Below are positions 37,120 through 47,061 of a DNA stretch of 64,000 bases, in pieces. The translations under genes and the position numbers were made by a program. The notes under the pieces were generated by a model. That model did no database searches. It was not told the origin of the DNA and saw only the letters and a program-made list of their open reading frames with translations. The stretch comes from Kiritimatiellia bacterium. GTDB lineage: Bacteria > Verrucomicrobiota > Kiritimatiellia > RFP12 > DVOR01. Numbering within the stretch: the stretch's first letter is position 1; each line of letters opens with the position of its first letter. The stretch is taken from assembly GCA_031552845.1 (NCBI GenBank), contig JAVBMC010000027.1:6073-70072 (forward strand), read 5' to 3'.

Positions 37120-38646
37120 ATGAAAAAATTAGTAACAGGTGTAGTATTCGCCTGCCTCGCGGCGGGTTCTTTTGCGGCAGTCAAACCCGCGCCCTTCTAT
37201 CAAAACAATATGGTGTTGCAGCGCGATAAGCCGATTGTCATACTCGGCACTACCGATGCGGGCGAAAAGGTGACTGCGGAGTTTATGAATACCCGCGCTA
37301 CTGCAACCGCCGACAAGGATGGACGCTTCCGCATTACCCTCCCCGCGCAGAAAGTGTCCACCATCGGTGCTACGCTCACGCTCAAAGGACGCGAGGCACC
37401 CGTGGCGTTGACAAACATTCTGATGGGCGATGTGTGGCTCTGCTCCGGACAGTCGAACATGGAATGGGTGCTCAAGAACTGCGGCGATCAAGGCAAAGCT
37501 GATGCAGCCGCCGCGAACTTGCCGTTGTTGCGCCAAATCAAAATCAACAACGCAACATCACTCGACCCCCTCCCCTTTGAATCTGTCAAGTGCGGCAGCT
37601 GGGAGGTCGGCTCGCCTGAACGTGCTGGGAACTGGACAGCTGTGGGGTTCTACTTCGCCCGCTCTATTCTCAAAGAGACAGGCGTTCCCATCGGCCTCGT
37701 CAACTCCAGCTGGGGCGGCACGCCGATCCAAGCATGGATGCCGGCAGATGCATTTGCCAGTAATCCGGACTTTGTGAAGGAGCGCGAGACGATTGAGAAC
37801 CGCGCGGAGATCATCAAACAAAATGCTGCCGTCGAAGCTGACTATAAAGCTCGGCAAGCCGCGACCAACACCTGGCTGCGCCCGCCGGTTTATCCGTGGG
37901 GACATCACTCACCGACCGCGCTTTACAATGCAATGATTTATGGACTTGAACAAATGCCCATCCGCGGCTTCATCTGGTATCAGGGCGAGAACAACGCCAC
38001 CGACAAGTTCTATGATGCGCGTATGGTGGCGATGGTGGCCTCGTGGCGCAAGAAATGGAATGCACCCCTGCCCTTTTACTTTGTGCAGCTGGCCGCGCAC
38101 ATGGATGAAAGCGACGACCCCAATAATATCGGCTGGGAATGGGCGAAGCAGCGCGAGCGCCAAACCAAAGCCTGGAAGGCCATTCCTAACAGCGGCATGG
38201 CGTTGGCGATTGATATTGGCGAAGGAAAGGACGTCCACCCCAAGAATAAGCTGGATGTGGGCGAACGTTTAGCGCGCTGGGCACTACGCGACTGTTACGG
38301 CAAGAAGATTACGGTTTCCGGTCCGATGATGAAGTCCATCAAATACGACAAGGACACCGCCACCGTACAATTTGAGTATGCCGAGAATGGTTTAATGGTT
38401 GGCAAGAAGGACAGCCCCGCGCCGGTTGTTGAAGATAAGAACGCGCCGTTGTTGGGCTTCGCGGTCAAAGGCGAGAAGAGCGGTAAGTGGGCATGGGCAC
38501 AAGCCTCAATTAAGGGCAACACCGTCCTGCTCAAGCATCCACAACAAGAGAAAGTCATCGGCGTGCGTTATGCCTACCAGAGCAATCCCAAGGTGAACTT
38601 CTACAACCGCGACGGGTTGCCGGGAGTGCCGTTTACGACTGATTAG
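37120..38646 (+). CDS. SASA-family (sialate O-acetylesterase-like) SGNH carbohydrate esterase
   Basis: The ORF track gives 37099 (TTG). The ATG at 37120 (MKKLVTGVVFACLAAGSFAA signal) has a GGAG RBS. It carries GDVWLCSGQSNMEW, the catalytic Ser block of SASA/DUF303 esterases. It overlaps the GH10 stop, so the two are translationally coupled. Confidence 0.75.
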   Translation: MKKLVTGVVFACLAAGSFAAVKPAPFYQNNMVLQRDKPIVILGTTDAGEKVTAEFMNTRATATADKDGRFRITLPAQKVSTIGATLTLKGREAPVALTNILMGDVWLCSGQSNMEWVLKNCGDQGKADAAAANLPLLRQIKINNATSLDPLPFESVKCGSWEVGSPERAGNWTAVGFYFARSILKETGVPIGLVNSSWGGTPIQAWMPADAFASNPDFVKERETIENRAEIIKQNAAVEADYKARQAATNTWLRPPVYPWGHHSPTALYNAMIYGLEQMPIRGFIWYQGENNATDKFYDARMVAMVASWRKKWNAPLPFYFVQLAAHMDESDDPNNIGWEWAKQRERQTKAWKAIPNSGMALAIDIGEGKDVHPKNKLDVGERLARWALRDCYGKKITVSGPMMKSIKYDKDTATVQFEYAENGLMVGKKDSPAPVVEDKNAPLLGFAVKGEKSGKWAWAQASIKGNTVLLKHPQQEKVIGVRYAYQSNPKVNFYNRDGLPGVPFTTD

Positions 38647-39886
38647 CCAAACGGCGGGCGGCGGTGCGGGCTGTTGCGAGGACTTCCTCTTCGCCCGGCA
38701 CGTGCCGTCCGCGCATCAACACCCGCCCATCACAAATCACGGTATCGATGCTGCTGCTCTCTGCCGAATAAACCATATTCGACGTCAAACAATGATCGGC
38801 AACAAAGCGGCTGTTGTTCAAATCCACCAGCAGACAGTCCGCGAGCTTACCGACAGCGATCTCTCCGGCATCAATGTCAAATGCCTGTGCGCTATCGCGT
38901 GTGGCGGTCGTCAAAATATCTCCCGCCGGGCAGGCAGTCGGATCGCCCTGTGTCACCTTGGCCAAGAGCGCGGCGAACTTCATCTCCTCGCGCATATCCA
39001 AGTTATTGTTGGATGAGGCTCCATCCGTCCCCAACGCAATGCGACACCCTGCAGTACGGACAGCTTGCCACGGGAACACGCCCGACGCCAGCTTCATGTT
39101 GGAGCACGGCGCATGCACCAACACAGTATCGGTTGCCTTAAGCAAAGCGATGTCCTCGGCGGTCAAATGCACACAGTGCACGGCAATCGTTTTCGGCCCC
39201 AGCAAACCGCAACTCTCCAGCAGCTGCACCGGTGTCTTGCCGTGTGCCTTCAAACAATCCTCGACCTCCTGCTTCGTCTCCGCCAAATGAATATGCACCA
39301 ACGCACCGGTATCTTGCGAGAGTTTGGCCGAGAACTTCAGTTTGTCCGGGGCAACGGTGTAAACCGCGTGCGGCCCCAGTCCGATCTGAATGCGTGACGA
39401 GTGCGGCACAGCGGCCAGCTTCTCAAAACTTGCGGCGGCTGAAACCGGATCACTCTGCACGCCATCAAGAAACAGCGAGCACACGCAAGCGCGCAAGCCA
39501 AATTCCTCGGCAGCCTCTACAGCTGTCTCAGGATACCAATACATGTCGTTGAAAAAGACTGAGCCACTCTTAATCATCTCAACCATTGCCAAACGATTGC
39601 CCGCACGCACATCCTCCGCAGTCATCCGCCCTTCGGCCGGCCAGATATGGTTGTTCAGCCAGTCGAACAAGGCAAGGTCATCCGCAATACCGCGCAGAAG
39701 CGTCATTGCCGCATGCGTGTGCGCATTGTAGAATGGCGGCATGATGGCCATGCCTTTTCCATCGATTGTTTCATCGGCTTGCCAAGCTTGTGTTCCGCTC
39801 GGTTCAATCTTTACGAAGCGGTTCCCTTCAATCAATACATCCACAGCCTGTCGCTCGTGCAGCACATTGGTCATCCGAATGCTCAT
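38633..39886 (-). CDS. Amidohydrolase of the MtaD/DadD family (5'-deoxyadenosine / MTA / SAH deaminase-like)
   Basis: 417 aa. It has the metal-binding motif PFYNAHTHAAMTLLRG (HxH), a mid-protein HIHLAET, and ...HCVHL..., the same layout as MtaD/SsnA/DadD deaminases. Its stop overlaps the convergent esterase stop. Confidence 0.7.
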   Translation of the reverse strand: MSIRMTNVLHERQAVDVLIEGNRFVKIEPSGTQAWQADETIDGKGMAIMPPFYNAHTHAAMTLLRGIADDLALFDWLNNHIWPAEGRMTAEDVRAGNRLAMVEMIKSGSVFFNDMYWYPETAVEAAEEFGLRACVCSLFLDGVQSDPVSAAASFEKLAAVPHSSRIQIGLGPHAVYTVAPDKLKFSAKLSQDTGALVHIHLAETKQEVEDCLKAHGKTPVQLLESCGLLGPKTIAVHCVHLTAEDIALLKATDTVLVHAPCSNMKLASGVFPWQAVRTAGCRIALGTDGASSNNNLDMREEMKFAALLAKVTQGDPTACPAGDILTTATRDSAQAFDIDAGEIAVGKLADCLLVDLNNSRFVADHCLTSNMVYSAESSSIDTVICDGRVLMRGRHVPGEEEVLATARTAARRLANQS

Positions 39887-40932
39887 TACCCAAACTCCTC
39901 TAAATCATCAAGCTCGTTTGTAATCACGCCCGCCGCACGCACGGCACTCAAAATCTCTGCCTCAACTGCATCCGGTGGAACAGCGCACCCTGCCTTTTGT
40001 CCTTGCGTCAGCCAAACGGCACCTGCATTATGCAAAGCCATCACCGGGTCGATATACGGCATGCGCGTCGGGTCTTCGAGAATGAAGTTCAACGAACGGT
40101 TGTTGTTCAACACCCGCTCATTCGGAATCTCCGCGCCAAACTCATCCTCAACACCCATATTCGCCAGCACAGCACCATGCGATAGAAACGCATCCGGTGG
40201 ATACTTCCCTTCCAGCGCACCGGCAACACCAGTCACAGTAACGATACACCCCGCCTTTGCAATGGCGGCTGTCACAGCTTGCACATCATCGGCCTGAACA
40301 AAAACTACGCCGGGCAAACGCCGCGAGGGCAGTGCCTGTTCAACGACCTTCACCTGCGCGCCCTCCGCCAGCAAACCCCGCACGATTCCCTTGCCGACTT
40401 TACCAAAGCCAAACACAACCACCGGCATCGCCCGCAGACTATACCCCAGCTGCTTCATCGCACGGATAAATCCATCGCCTGTGCCCAGCGCGGTTTCAAT
40501 CAGCTTGATGCGTCCTGCATCCGCGAGAAATACCGGCTTTGCACACCGCTCATAATGCTGCACGCCGGAGCGGGTCAACTCTGCAAACCCCAAACGCGGC
40601 TCAAGCCCGGCACAGGCACCGGCGCAATCCAACACGATATCAAACTCATCCCGCGCCAGTTCATCTGCACCACGGACACGAATGCCAAAATCCTGTGCTG
40701 TCTTCACCGCTTCAGGATCATACTGCACCACGCCATAGGTCACAGTCAAATCTGCCCCACCCGCAATCAAGGCGCAATGCTTCATCAATGTATTACGGAA
40801 CAACGGTGCAGCATCCAATATGCGCAGTCCCGCTAGCGGCTTCGACACAGACCACTCTTCATACTGGCGCGTCAGCGCAGGTGACTCCTGCACGGAATAG
40901 AATTGCCGAAGATAGTTCCAAAGCTCCTTCAT
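39886..40932 (-). CDS. S-adenosyl-L-homocysteine hydrolase-like protein (short, diverged AhcY fold)
   Basis: 348 aa. The N-terminus [35 protein letters not shown] resembles the AhcY substrate domain ([26 protein letters not shown]). The Rossmann segment [17 protein letters not shown] resembles AhcY's GYGDVGKG. Its stop overlaps the deaminase start. Confidence 0.5.
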   Translation of the reverse strand: MKELWNYLRQFYSVQESPALTRQYEEWSVSKPLAGLRILDAAPLFRNTLMKHCALIAGGADLTVTYGVVQYDPEAVKTAQDFGIRVRGADELARDEFDIVLDCAGACAGLEPRLGFAELTRSGVQHYERCAKPVFLADAGRIKLIETALGTGDGFIRAMKQLGYSLRAMPVVVFGFGKVGKGIVRGLLAEGAQVKVVEQALPSRRLPGVVFVQADDVQAVTAAIAKAGCIVTVTGVAGALEGKYPPDAFLSHGAVLANMGVEDEFGAEIPNERVLNNNRSLNFILEDPTRMPYIDPVMALHNAGAVWLTQGQKAGCAVPPDAVEAEILSAVRAAGVITNELDDLEEFG

Positions 40933-42191
40933 AACACCGCCGCGACCGCTGCTGTCAGTTGAGAGAGTTCATCGGGACGGATGATATAAGGCGGCATCAA
41001 ATAAATCAACTTGCCGAACGGACGGATCCATACGCCACGCTTGACGAACTCCGCTTGCAGCACTGCCATATCCACCGGCTCTTTTGTTTCCACCACACCA
41101 ATCGCCCCCAGCACCCGCACATCCGCCACCGCCGGATGTGCCGCCAGGGGCAACAGCTCCTGACGCAGCTGCGCCTCAATCCGGCGGACATGGCTTTGCC
41201 AATCGGTCTCTTCCAACAGTTCAAGGCTCGCACACGCCACTGCACACGCCATCGGATTACCCATGAAGGTCGGGCCATGCATGAACGGCAAGCCGCCGCG
41301 CGAAACGCCCTCTGCGATTGTCTGCGTCGCAACCGTTGCCGCGAATGTCATCATTCCGCCCGTCAACGCTTTACCGAGACAAATGATGTCCGGTCTCACG
41401 TCCGCATGATGCATTGCAAACATCTCGCCCGTGCGTCCGAACCCCGTGGCAATCTCATCAAAGATTAAAGGAACGCCTTGCTCCGTGCACAACTCCCGTA
41501 CGCGGCGCAGATAGCTCGGATGATAAAACCACATTCCTCCTGCGCCCTGTACCACCGGTTCCAAAATCACACCGGCTAATTCGCCCCGATGCGCCAGCAG
41601 CAAGCGTTCAAACTCAGCCGAATCTTCAGCACGCCATTCGCCGTCAAACCGACAGGCCGGGCGCGGTGCAAAATAATGCTGAGGCAATGCTTCGGCAAAG
41701 CGCGAGTGCATGCCGTTCTCCGGATCGCACACCGACATCGCCATAAACGTGTCGCCATGATATCCGCCGCGCACGGTGAGGAACTTGCCTTTGCCCGTCA
41801 ACTGCACCGCCATCTTCATCGCGGCTTCAACGGCAACAGAACCGCTGTCGGAATAGAACACGGCGGAAAATGGTTCTGCAGGAACAGCTGTTGCGGGACG
41901 TGCATTTAATAATGCCAAAAGCTTCTCGCCCAAACGGACAGCCGGAGCGTGCGTGATGCCGCCGAACATGATATGCGACATCTGTTCGCTTTGCTCTTGC
42001 AACGCCGCCACGAGCTTCGGGTGCCGGTAACCGTGCACTGCCGCCCACCAGGAGGACATGCCATCGATCAACACTTCGCCGCTTTTGAGCGTCACGCGTG
42101 CGCCATCGGTTGAAACCGCTTCATAACACGGCAATGGCTTGAGGATTGATGTATACGGATGCCACAAATGCTGACGGTCAAACTCAATCAT
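40929..42191 (-). CDS. bioA: Adenosylmethionine-8-amino-7-oxononanoate aminotransferase (BioA)
   Basis: The ORF track gives 42257. The ATG at 42191 ([15 protein letters not shown], the canonical BioA N-terminus) overlaps the bioD stop with an ATGA junction. It has the PLP class-III aminotransferase fold. Confidence 0.85.
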   Translation of the reverse strand: MIEFDRQHLWHPYTSILKPLPCYEAVSTDGARVTLKSGEVLIDGMSSWWAAVHGYRHPKLVAALQEQSEQMSHIMFGGITHAPAVRLGEKLLALLNARPATAVPAEPFSAVFYSDSGSVAVEAAMKMAVQLTGKGKFLTVRGGYHGDTFMAMSVCDPENGMHSRFAEALPQHYFAPRPACRFDGEWRAEDSAEFERLLLAHRGELAGVILEPVVQGAGGMWFYHPSYLRRVRELCTEQGVPLIFDEIATGFGRTGEMFAMHHADVRPDIICLGKALTGGMMTFAATVATQTIAEGVSRGGLPFMHGPTFMGNPMACAVACASLELLEETDWQSHVRRIEAQLRQELLPLAAHPAVADVRVLGAIGVVETKEPVDMAVLQAEFVKRGVWIRPFGKLIYLMPPYIIRPDELSQLTAAVAAVL

Positions 42192-42829
42192 GCCGTCAGC
42201 CTCGCAAATGCCCTCAGCTGTTTTGCCAGCTCCGGCGGCAACTCGCTTTGTCCGCACGCAAACTCACCCAAGCAAGGTGCCTTTGAAAAGTCGGCAATCG
42301 TCTGCGCATTGTCGCCTTGAATCAACGCATCGCCTTCGACTATTTTGTTCATCACAAAGCCGAAGCATTCCAAGCCGCGCTGCCGAATTGCTTCGAGCGA
42401 CAGCAGCGCATGATTCACGCAGCCCAGACGGTTCGGCACGACGAACAGCACAGGCCAACCCACACGCGCCATCAAATCCAACATCGTGACGTCGGGGCGC
42501 ACAATCGGTGTCTGCACGCCACCGGCTGTTTCGAGCAGCACGATATCCGCCTGCGTCTGAATTGTTTGGATTTGCAGGACGAGCTCATCCATATCAATGC
42601 GCACGCCCGCCTGCTCCGCCGCCAGATGCGGCGAACACGCCGGCACAAAGTGCAGCAACGGCTTGCCGCCGCAATAGGTCAAATCGTTATCCATCGGATA
42701 GCCGGTTTGAATCGGCTTCACCGGCACGACATTCACGCCCTTCGCTTGCAAGAACCGCCACAGTGCCGCCGTGACATACGTCTTGCCCGCATCAGTATCC
42801 GTCGCGGCAATGATCAATCCTCTACTCAT
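42188..42829 (-). CDS. bioD: Dethiobiotin synthetase (BioD)
   Basis: 213 aa. P-loop at the N-terminus: [23 protein letters not shown]. Confidence 0.8.
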   Translation of the reverse strand: MSRGLIIAATDTDAGKTYVTAALWRFLQAKGVNVVPVKPIQTGYPMDNDLTYCGGKPLLHFVPACSPHLAAEQAGVRIDMDELVLQIQTIQTQADIVLLETAGGVQTPIVRPDVTMLDLMARVGWPVLFVVPNRLGCVNHALLSLEAIRQRGLECFGFVMNKIVEGDALIQGDNAQTIADFSKAPCLGEFACGQSELPPELAKQLRAFARLTA

Positions 42830-43538
42830 GCTCTGCTACAAAATATCCGACTTGATAGGTTAATGACGGCTGCATCGCCTTCAACAGCCGCCGCGTTTCG
42901 CCAACGCCCAAAGGACGCCGGAACGGCAGTGCGCCGATTTGCTGAAATACCTTCAGTGCCTGCATCGCATCGGCATAACGGTGCGAACATTCACGCACCT
43001 CCGACGACAGCACCTTATATCCCGCAATCTCCAGCGCTTCACGAATCGTCTCCGCCGTGCGGAAGTTCAAACCCAGCTTCGACAACCCGCACGCCGCACA
43101 CGCCGCATCAAACTCCGGCAGCGACCCCGCCAGCGGCTCGGCAAACACCAGCCGCCCATGCGGACGCAAGAACCCGGCAAGCCTGCTGAAGAGCGTCACG
43201 CTGTTGCTCACCCACTGGAACACAAACGACGAAACTGCCAGCTCATACTTCTCGATCGGCTCAAACGTCAGCAAATCTCCACGCAGCGTTTTCGCCTGCG
43301 GGAACCGCTGCTGATACGCCGCCAGCATCGCATCGGACGCATCCAATCCCGTCAGCTCAATATGCGGCCAACGCAGCCACGCCGCCTGCGACGTCAACCC
43401 CGTCCCACATCCCAAGTCAATCAAACTCTCCGGTGCCAACGGCAAAGCCGGTAACGTGAACAACGTCTCCGACGCCTCCGCTTGATGCACCGCCCAACGA
43501 TCATAAGTGGCAACAGCCGAATCAAACTTCATAACCAA
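42822..43538 (-). CDS. bioC: Malonyl-ACP O-methyltransferase (BioC-like class I SAM methyltransferase)
   Basis: 238 aa with the SAM motif LIDLGCGTG. It sits between bioH and bioD. Confidence 0.7.
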   Translation of the reverse strand: MVMKFDSAVATYDRWAVHQAEASETLFTLPALPLAPESLIDLGCGTGLTSQAAWLRWPHIELTGLDASDAMLAAYQQRFPQAKTLRGDLLTFEPIEKYELAVSSFVFQWVSNSVTLFSRLAGFLRPHGRLVFAEPLAGSLPEFDAACAACGLSKLGLNFRTAETIREALEIAGYKVLSSEVRECSHRYADAMQALKVFQQIGALPFRRPLGVGETRRLLKAMQPSLTYQVGYFVAEHE

Positions 43539-44209
43539 TTCCTAATCAAATCCGCCGCAGCCTCCGGCCGCATCAACGGCGCCATATGCCCGCCTTCGAC
43601 AACCCGGCATTCAAACGGCAACCGCTGCGCCGACGCCAACGGAACAATCCCATCCTCGCGCCCATGCACCAATGCCACCCGGCAATCCGCCGCAGCATCA
43701 CCACACAAACCCGCGCGCGCATCCGTCTCCTGCAAATACACCAGCCCCTCAGCACAATCCGCCGCGGGCTCCTCAAACCACTCCGCCTTACACACATCCG
43801 GCAGACACGCCGCCGCCGCAAAATCCCGCACCAACCCCGCCGCATCACTCCGCAAACGCCGACGCATCGCCGCACACGCCCGCGGATCAGCTCCCGGATA
43901 ATCCTCTGCCGCCGCCAGCCGAGCCGTCGCACCCAATAACACCGCACGCACACCCTGCCCGCTGCTTGCCAAAAACTCCAACACCCGCAACGCCCCCAAC
44001 GAATGCCCCACCCAAATGCTTCCATCACCCGCGGGCGGCAAACCCTCCGTCAACACCTCGCGCCAATCATGCACCCGATACCCCCCCGGCGGCAAACCCA
44101 ACTCCACAATCAACGGCTCCCAAACCGCCGCTTTACACAGCCACCCCGAAAAGAAATGCACAAACGCGCCCATCCCGCGTAGTATAAACTTAAACACCTC
44201 TAAAAACAA
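43529..44209 (-). CDS. bioH: Pimeloyl-ACP methyl ester esterase-like alpha/beta hydrolase (BioH-like)
   Basis: 226 aa with the GHSLG nucleophile elbow. The alternative ATG at 44173 gives MGAFVHFFSGWLC..., which matches the BioH N-terminus LVLLHGWG. Confidence 0.6.
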   Translation of the reverse strand: MFLEVFKFILRGMGAFVHFFSGWLCKAAVWEPLIVELGLPPGGYRVHDWREVLTEGLPPAGDGSIWVGHSLGALRVLEFLASSGQGVRAVLLGATARLAAAEDYPGADPRACAAMRRRLRSDAAGLVRDFAAAACLPDVCKAEWFEEPAADCAEGLVYLQETDARAGLCGDAAADCRVALVHGREDGIVPLASAQRLPFECRVVEGGHMAPLMRPEAAADLIRNWL

Positions 44210-44287
44210 GGCAGAACGTTTCGTTTTCCAGCCCTACCTGCTGACGCACACAACACGAGTCCCCCCGCACTGCGTTGTCTTCTCACT

Positions 44288-44348
44288 CTCTCACCTCTCC
44301 GCGTGAGCTTTATCCTGCCTTGTCACCGAAAGTAAATTATTAGAGGTG
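44288..44348. repeat. Copy A of a ~60-bp direct repeat (CTCTCACCTCTCCGCGTGAGCTTTATCCTGCCTTGTCACCGAAAGTAAATTATTAGAGG)
   Basis: About 90% identical to copy B at 52479..52548 in the same orientation. The two copies bracket the LamG paralog trio. Confidence 0.65.
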
Positions 44349-44584
44349 CCCGAAGATCTTTATTTGCTACTCTTATATCGGTTTAAAGTAAATCCGCTCT
44401 AAACTAGACATGAACCAAGGTTAATAAGTTCTGCAATGTTCAGCAGGCCCTAGATACACAACGCCGCTCTTTGCTGCTCAATCTGCCGATGAGGCGCCCG
44501 TGGAGGACATAAGCCTGCCGTCGGAATCAACCCTCGCATCCGTCAATTGATTGCGCGCTGGCTGCGGTTATTGCGAAGTCAGTC

Positions 44585-46918
44585 CTAGTAGAGGAGCAGC
44601 TGGGTGCCGTCTTGGCGAATGGCAAGCACGCGCCAGCTGCCATCGGGATCTTGTATCTTTTGAATGCGGTAGCCGGCAGTGATCTGGCTGAAGCGGAGAT
44701 CGAGGCTGCTGACGAGATTGGGCGCCGTCATGATGAGGGCTTGATGGCCTTGGGGGATCCGCACTTGTTCCTGGAGTTCCAATCGGCTGGTGATGGAGAC
44801 GGGACCGCGGCAGTCCAGATAGAGCATGTCGTTGGTCTGGGTGTTGGTCTTGAGGCTGATGAGGGAGTTGGGAGAGGCCGTGAGGTTGGTGGCGACGATG
44901 CGCAACATGCCATAGAGGTTGTTGCCTTCGCCGGGCATCAGGCGGCAGGCGTCGCCGAGGTGGAGCTGGAGTGCCTGTTTGTTGGAGAAGCTGGTGTCTT
45001 GATACACGCGGTCAATGAGGCCGTGGCCGAGAATCGTACGTTCGAGGTTGAAAATACGCGTGTCGTTGGCCACGCCGTTGAGGATGACGCGGGTATTGTT
45101 GCGAAGGATGAGGCGGTTGGTGGGATGGCCCAGCATGCCGTCTTGCGCGAAGGTTTGGTTTTCGCCGGATGTGTAACGTCCCATGAAAAGCGTGCAGGTT
45201 GATTCGCCGATGTTGGCGCGATTGGCACGTTGGAGGGTGATGTCGCCAATGAAGGTATTGGCAGGGTTGAGGAATTGGATGTGGAAGCTGGAGCCGCTGC
45301 CCGCATAATTTGTACAGACGATATGCGAGGGATTCTCAAATGTCCCGCCGGTGATTTGCGCGGCAATGCCGATGTAGCCTTGATTGCTGTCGGTATGGCG
45401 GCTGAGGTTCAGCGGGGAGTTGAGGCGCAAAGTCAGGGCATCGGCGATGTTCGTGCCGATGAGGAAGCGTTCCGTGCCGCCCACGATGAGGTTCACGGGG
45501 AGGGAGGGGTTGCCGCTGTCGAGCGTCACCGTCTGCGGAGTGTCGCCGCCGTTGACCAATACCAGGCGTCCGCCCGTCTGGTAATCAAGGGATCCGCCGC
45601 CGCCGTGTCCGACGGTGAGCTGTTTGAGGGTGATGGAGTTGGTCAGGGAGATTTCGATGTTGTGGAGCTTGTTCGGGGGCGTAATGTGGGCTTCATCGCC
45701 GAGGAGTCCGCCGGGAACTGGGCGGTAGAGCTTCAAGAGGTTGATCCATGCGATTTCGTTCCAGTCATTTGTATAGTATGCGCCGAAGTATTGGAATGGC
45801 GCGGGCGTTTCAACAGGACGAGTGACAAAGGATGGGCTGTATTCCGAGAAGGTGGGCACGCCATCTACGAATGCCGCAAAACGGCAGTAGTGAGTGGTGT
45901 TAACTGCAAGGGGCTGCTGCGTGGTATGGATATAGGTGGAATTGGTGGTGATGCCGGTGTCGATAACATCGTGATAGAGCCAGCTATCAGGATCGGTGCC
46001 GCCATCGGTTGGGCCGTAGTAAAGCCGCAGCTCAGCCTGCTGTCCGGGAGGGATGCTGCCGATTTCGGCAGCAACGTTGGCAGCGGTATCGCTGATACGG
46101 TCAATGGAGAGCAGACGGATGTAGTAACTCGCGGGGTTGACGTAATCGCCCGGGACGCCATATTTGGTTTGGAGGTAGTAGCCGACAGATTGGACTTCCC
46201 CTGCGGTGAGCGTACGGTTGTAGACTATTAGCTCGGAGATGGTTCCGATGTAATGGTACGGGTCGGACGAACTGTCCCGACGGAAGGTGCGGTTGAAGGT
46301 ATAACTGTTTGTGTACTGCACGTAAAGAATGTAGGGGTTGGGAATGGTGTTGTTGGGCATGGAGAACGAGGCTCCGACGTTGGGATAGAGACTTCCATTG
46401 AGCGCACAATGGCCGACAGGGGCAGGAGAAGCGGTGCCATCAAGCGAAACCGCATCCGCACTGCCGTGACGGACGAAGATATCAATCAAAGACGTGCCCA
46501 GCTTGCCGCCGAGGATCATTAGAGGATTCTTGTTGTCTGTCGGAGGCGGCGTACCCACAAAGAAAACGGTTTGCACCATAATCGGCGTAGGCAAGTCAAT
46601 GCCCCGTCCGGCAGAACCGCACGAAATATAAGGGCGCCCGCCAATGCCATTCTCCAGATAGCGGTAACGCTCATTATCCGTGACATTATTCGTGCGTGTC
46701 AGGATGTAGCCGGAGGGCGATTGATCGGCCCATTGGCCAAGATACTGCCCGCTGGTTGTAGGGATGCCATTCGTCGTGTAGGTGCCGGCATCAGCCTTCA
46801 GCCAAAGGGTCAGTCCCGAAAGCTCGCCCGGACTAAAGTCTGCGCGCAGCAGGGGAGCCACTAAAAGAGACAGGGTTACAAGCGAAAACACGTGCACTAT
46901 TTTCATTGTCATATTCAT
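44585..46918 (-). CDS. Secreted LamG-like (concanavalin-A-type lectin) domain plus beta-helix repeat protein, paralog 1
   Basis: The ORF track is over-extended to 47218. The real start is the ATG at 46918 (MNMTMKIVHVFSLVTLSLLVAPLLRA signal), which has a GGAG RBS. It has the LamG hallmark LSGLTLWLKADAG...WADQSPSGY and a C-terminal beta-strand-repeat region (LRLNSPLNLS). Confidence 0.7.
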   Translation of the reverse strand: MNMTMKIVHVFSLVTLSLLVAPLLRADFSPGELSGLTLWLKADAGTYTTNGIPTTSGQYLGQWADQSPSGYILTRTNNVTDNERYRYLENGIGGRPYISCGSAGRGIDLPTPIMVQTVFFVGTPPPTDNKNPLMILGGKLGTSLIDIFVRHGSADAVSLDGTASPAPVGHCALNGSLYPNVGASFSMPNNTIPNPYILYVQYTNSYTFNRTFRRDSSSDPYHYIGTISELIVYNRTLTAGEVQSVGYYLQTKYGVPGDYVNPASYYIRLLSIDRISDTAANVAAEIGSIPPGQQAELRLYYGPTDGGTDPDSWLYHDVIDTGITTNSTYIHTTQQPLAVNTTHYCRFAAFVDGVPTFSEYSPSFVTRPVETPAPFQYFGAYYTNDWNEIAWINLLKLYRPVPGGLLGDEAHITPPNKLHNIEISLTNSITLKQLTVGHGGGGSLDYQTGGRLVLVNGGDTPQTVTLDSGNPSLPVNLIVGGTERFLIGTNIADALTLRLNSPLNLSRHTDSNQGYIGIAAQITGGTFENPSHIVCTNYAGSGSSFHIQFLNPANTFIGDITLQRANRANIGESTCTLFMGRYTSGENQTFAQDGMLGHPTNRLILRNNTRVILNGVANDTRIFNLERTILGHGLIDRVYQDTSFSNKQALQLHLGDACRLMPGEGNNLYGMLRIVATNLTASPNSLISLKTNTQTNDMLYLDCRGPVSITSRLELQEQVRIPQGHQALIMTAPNLVSSLDLRFSQITAGYRIQKIQDPDGSWRVLAIRQDGTQLLLY

Positions 46919-47061
46919 ATCTCCGGGGCAGCTAAAAACAAAACCTATTGACAGGATACAGATTCCAGCCGCCCGTTGCAAGTGTTTTTTTCTGCGGGAG
47001 GGATTTTCTTTGAGGCTGTCCCGGGTGTTTGACAAACACATCAAACATCCATGCTGCCGGG

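Noticed and set aside
43557-44190. Pro/Thr/Ala-rich + strand ORFs (171 aa, 117 aa) inside bioH
   Set aside because: Antisense to a well-supported alpha/beta-hydrolase gene (GHSLG). The composition reflects the C/A skew of the non-coding strand.
45230-46231. 333-aa + strand ORF inside LamG paralog 1
   Set aside because: Antisense, Gly/Ala/Val/Asp-rich, with no start context. The minus-strand gene has signal peptide plus LamG motifs.
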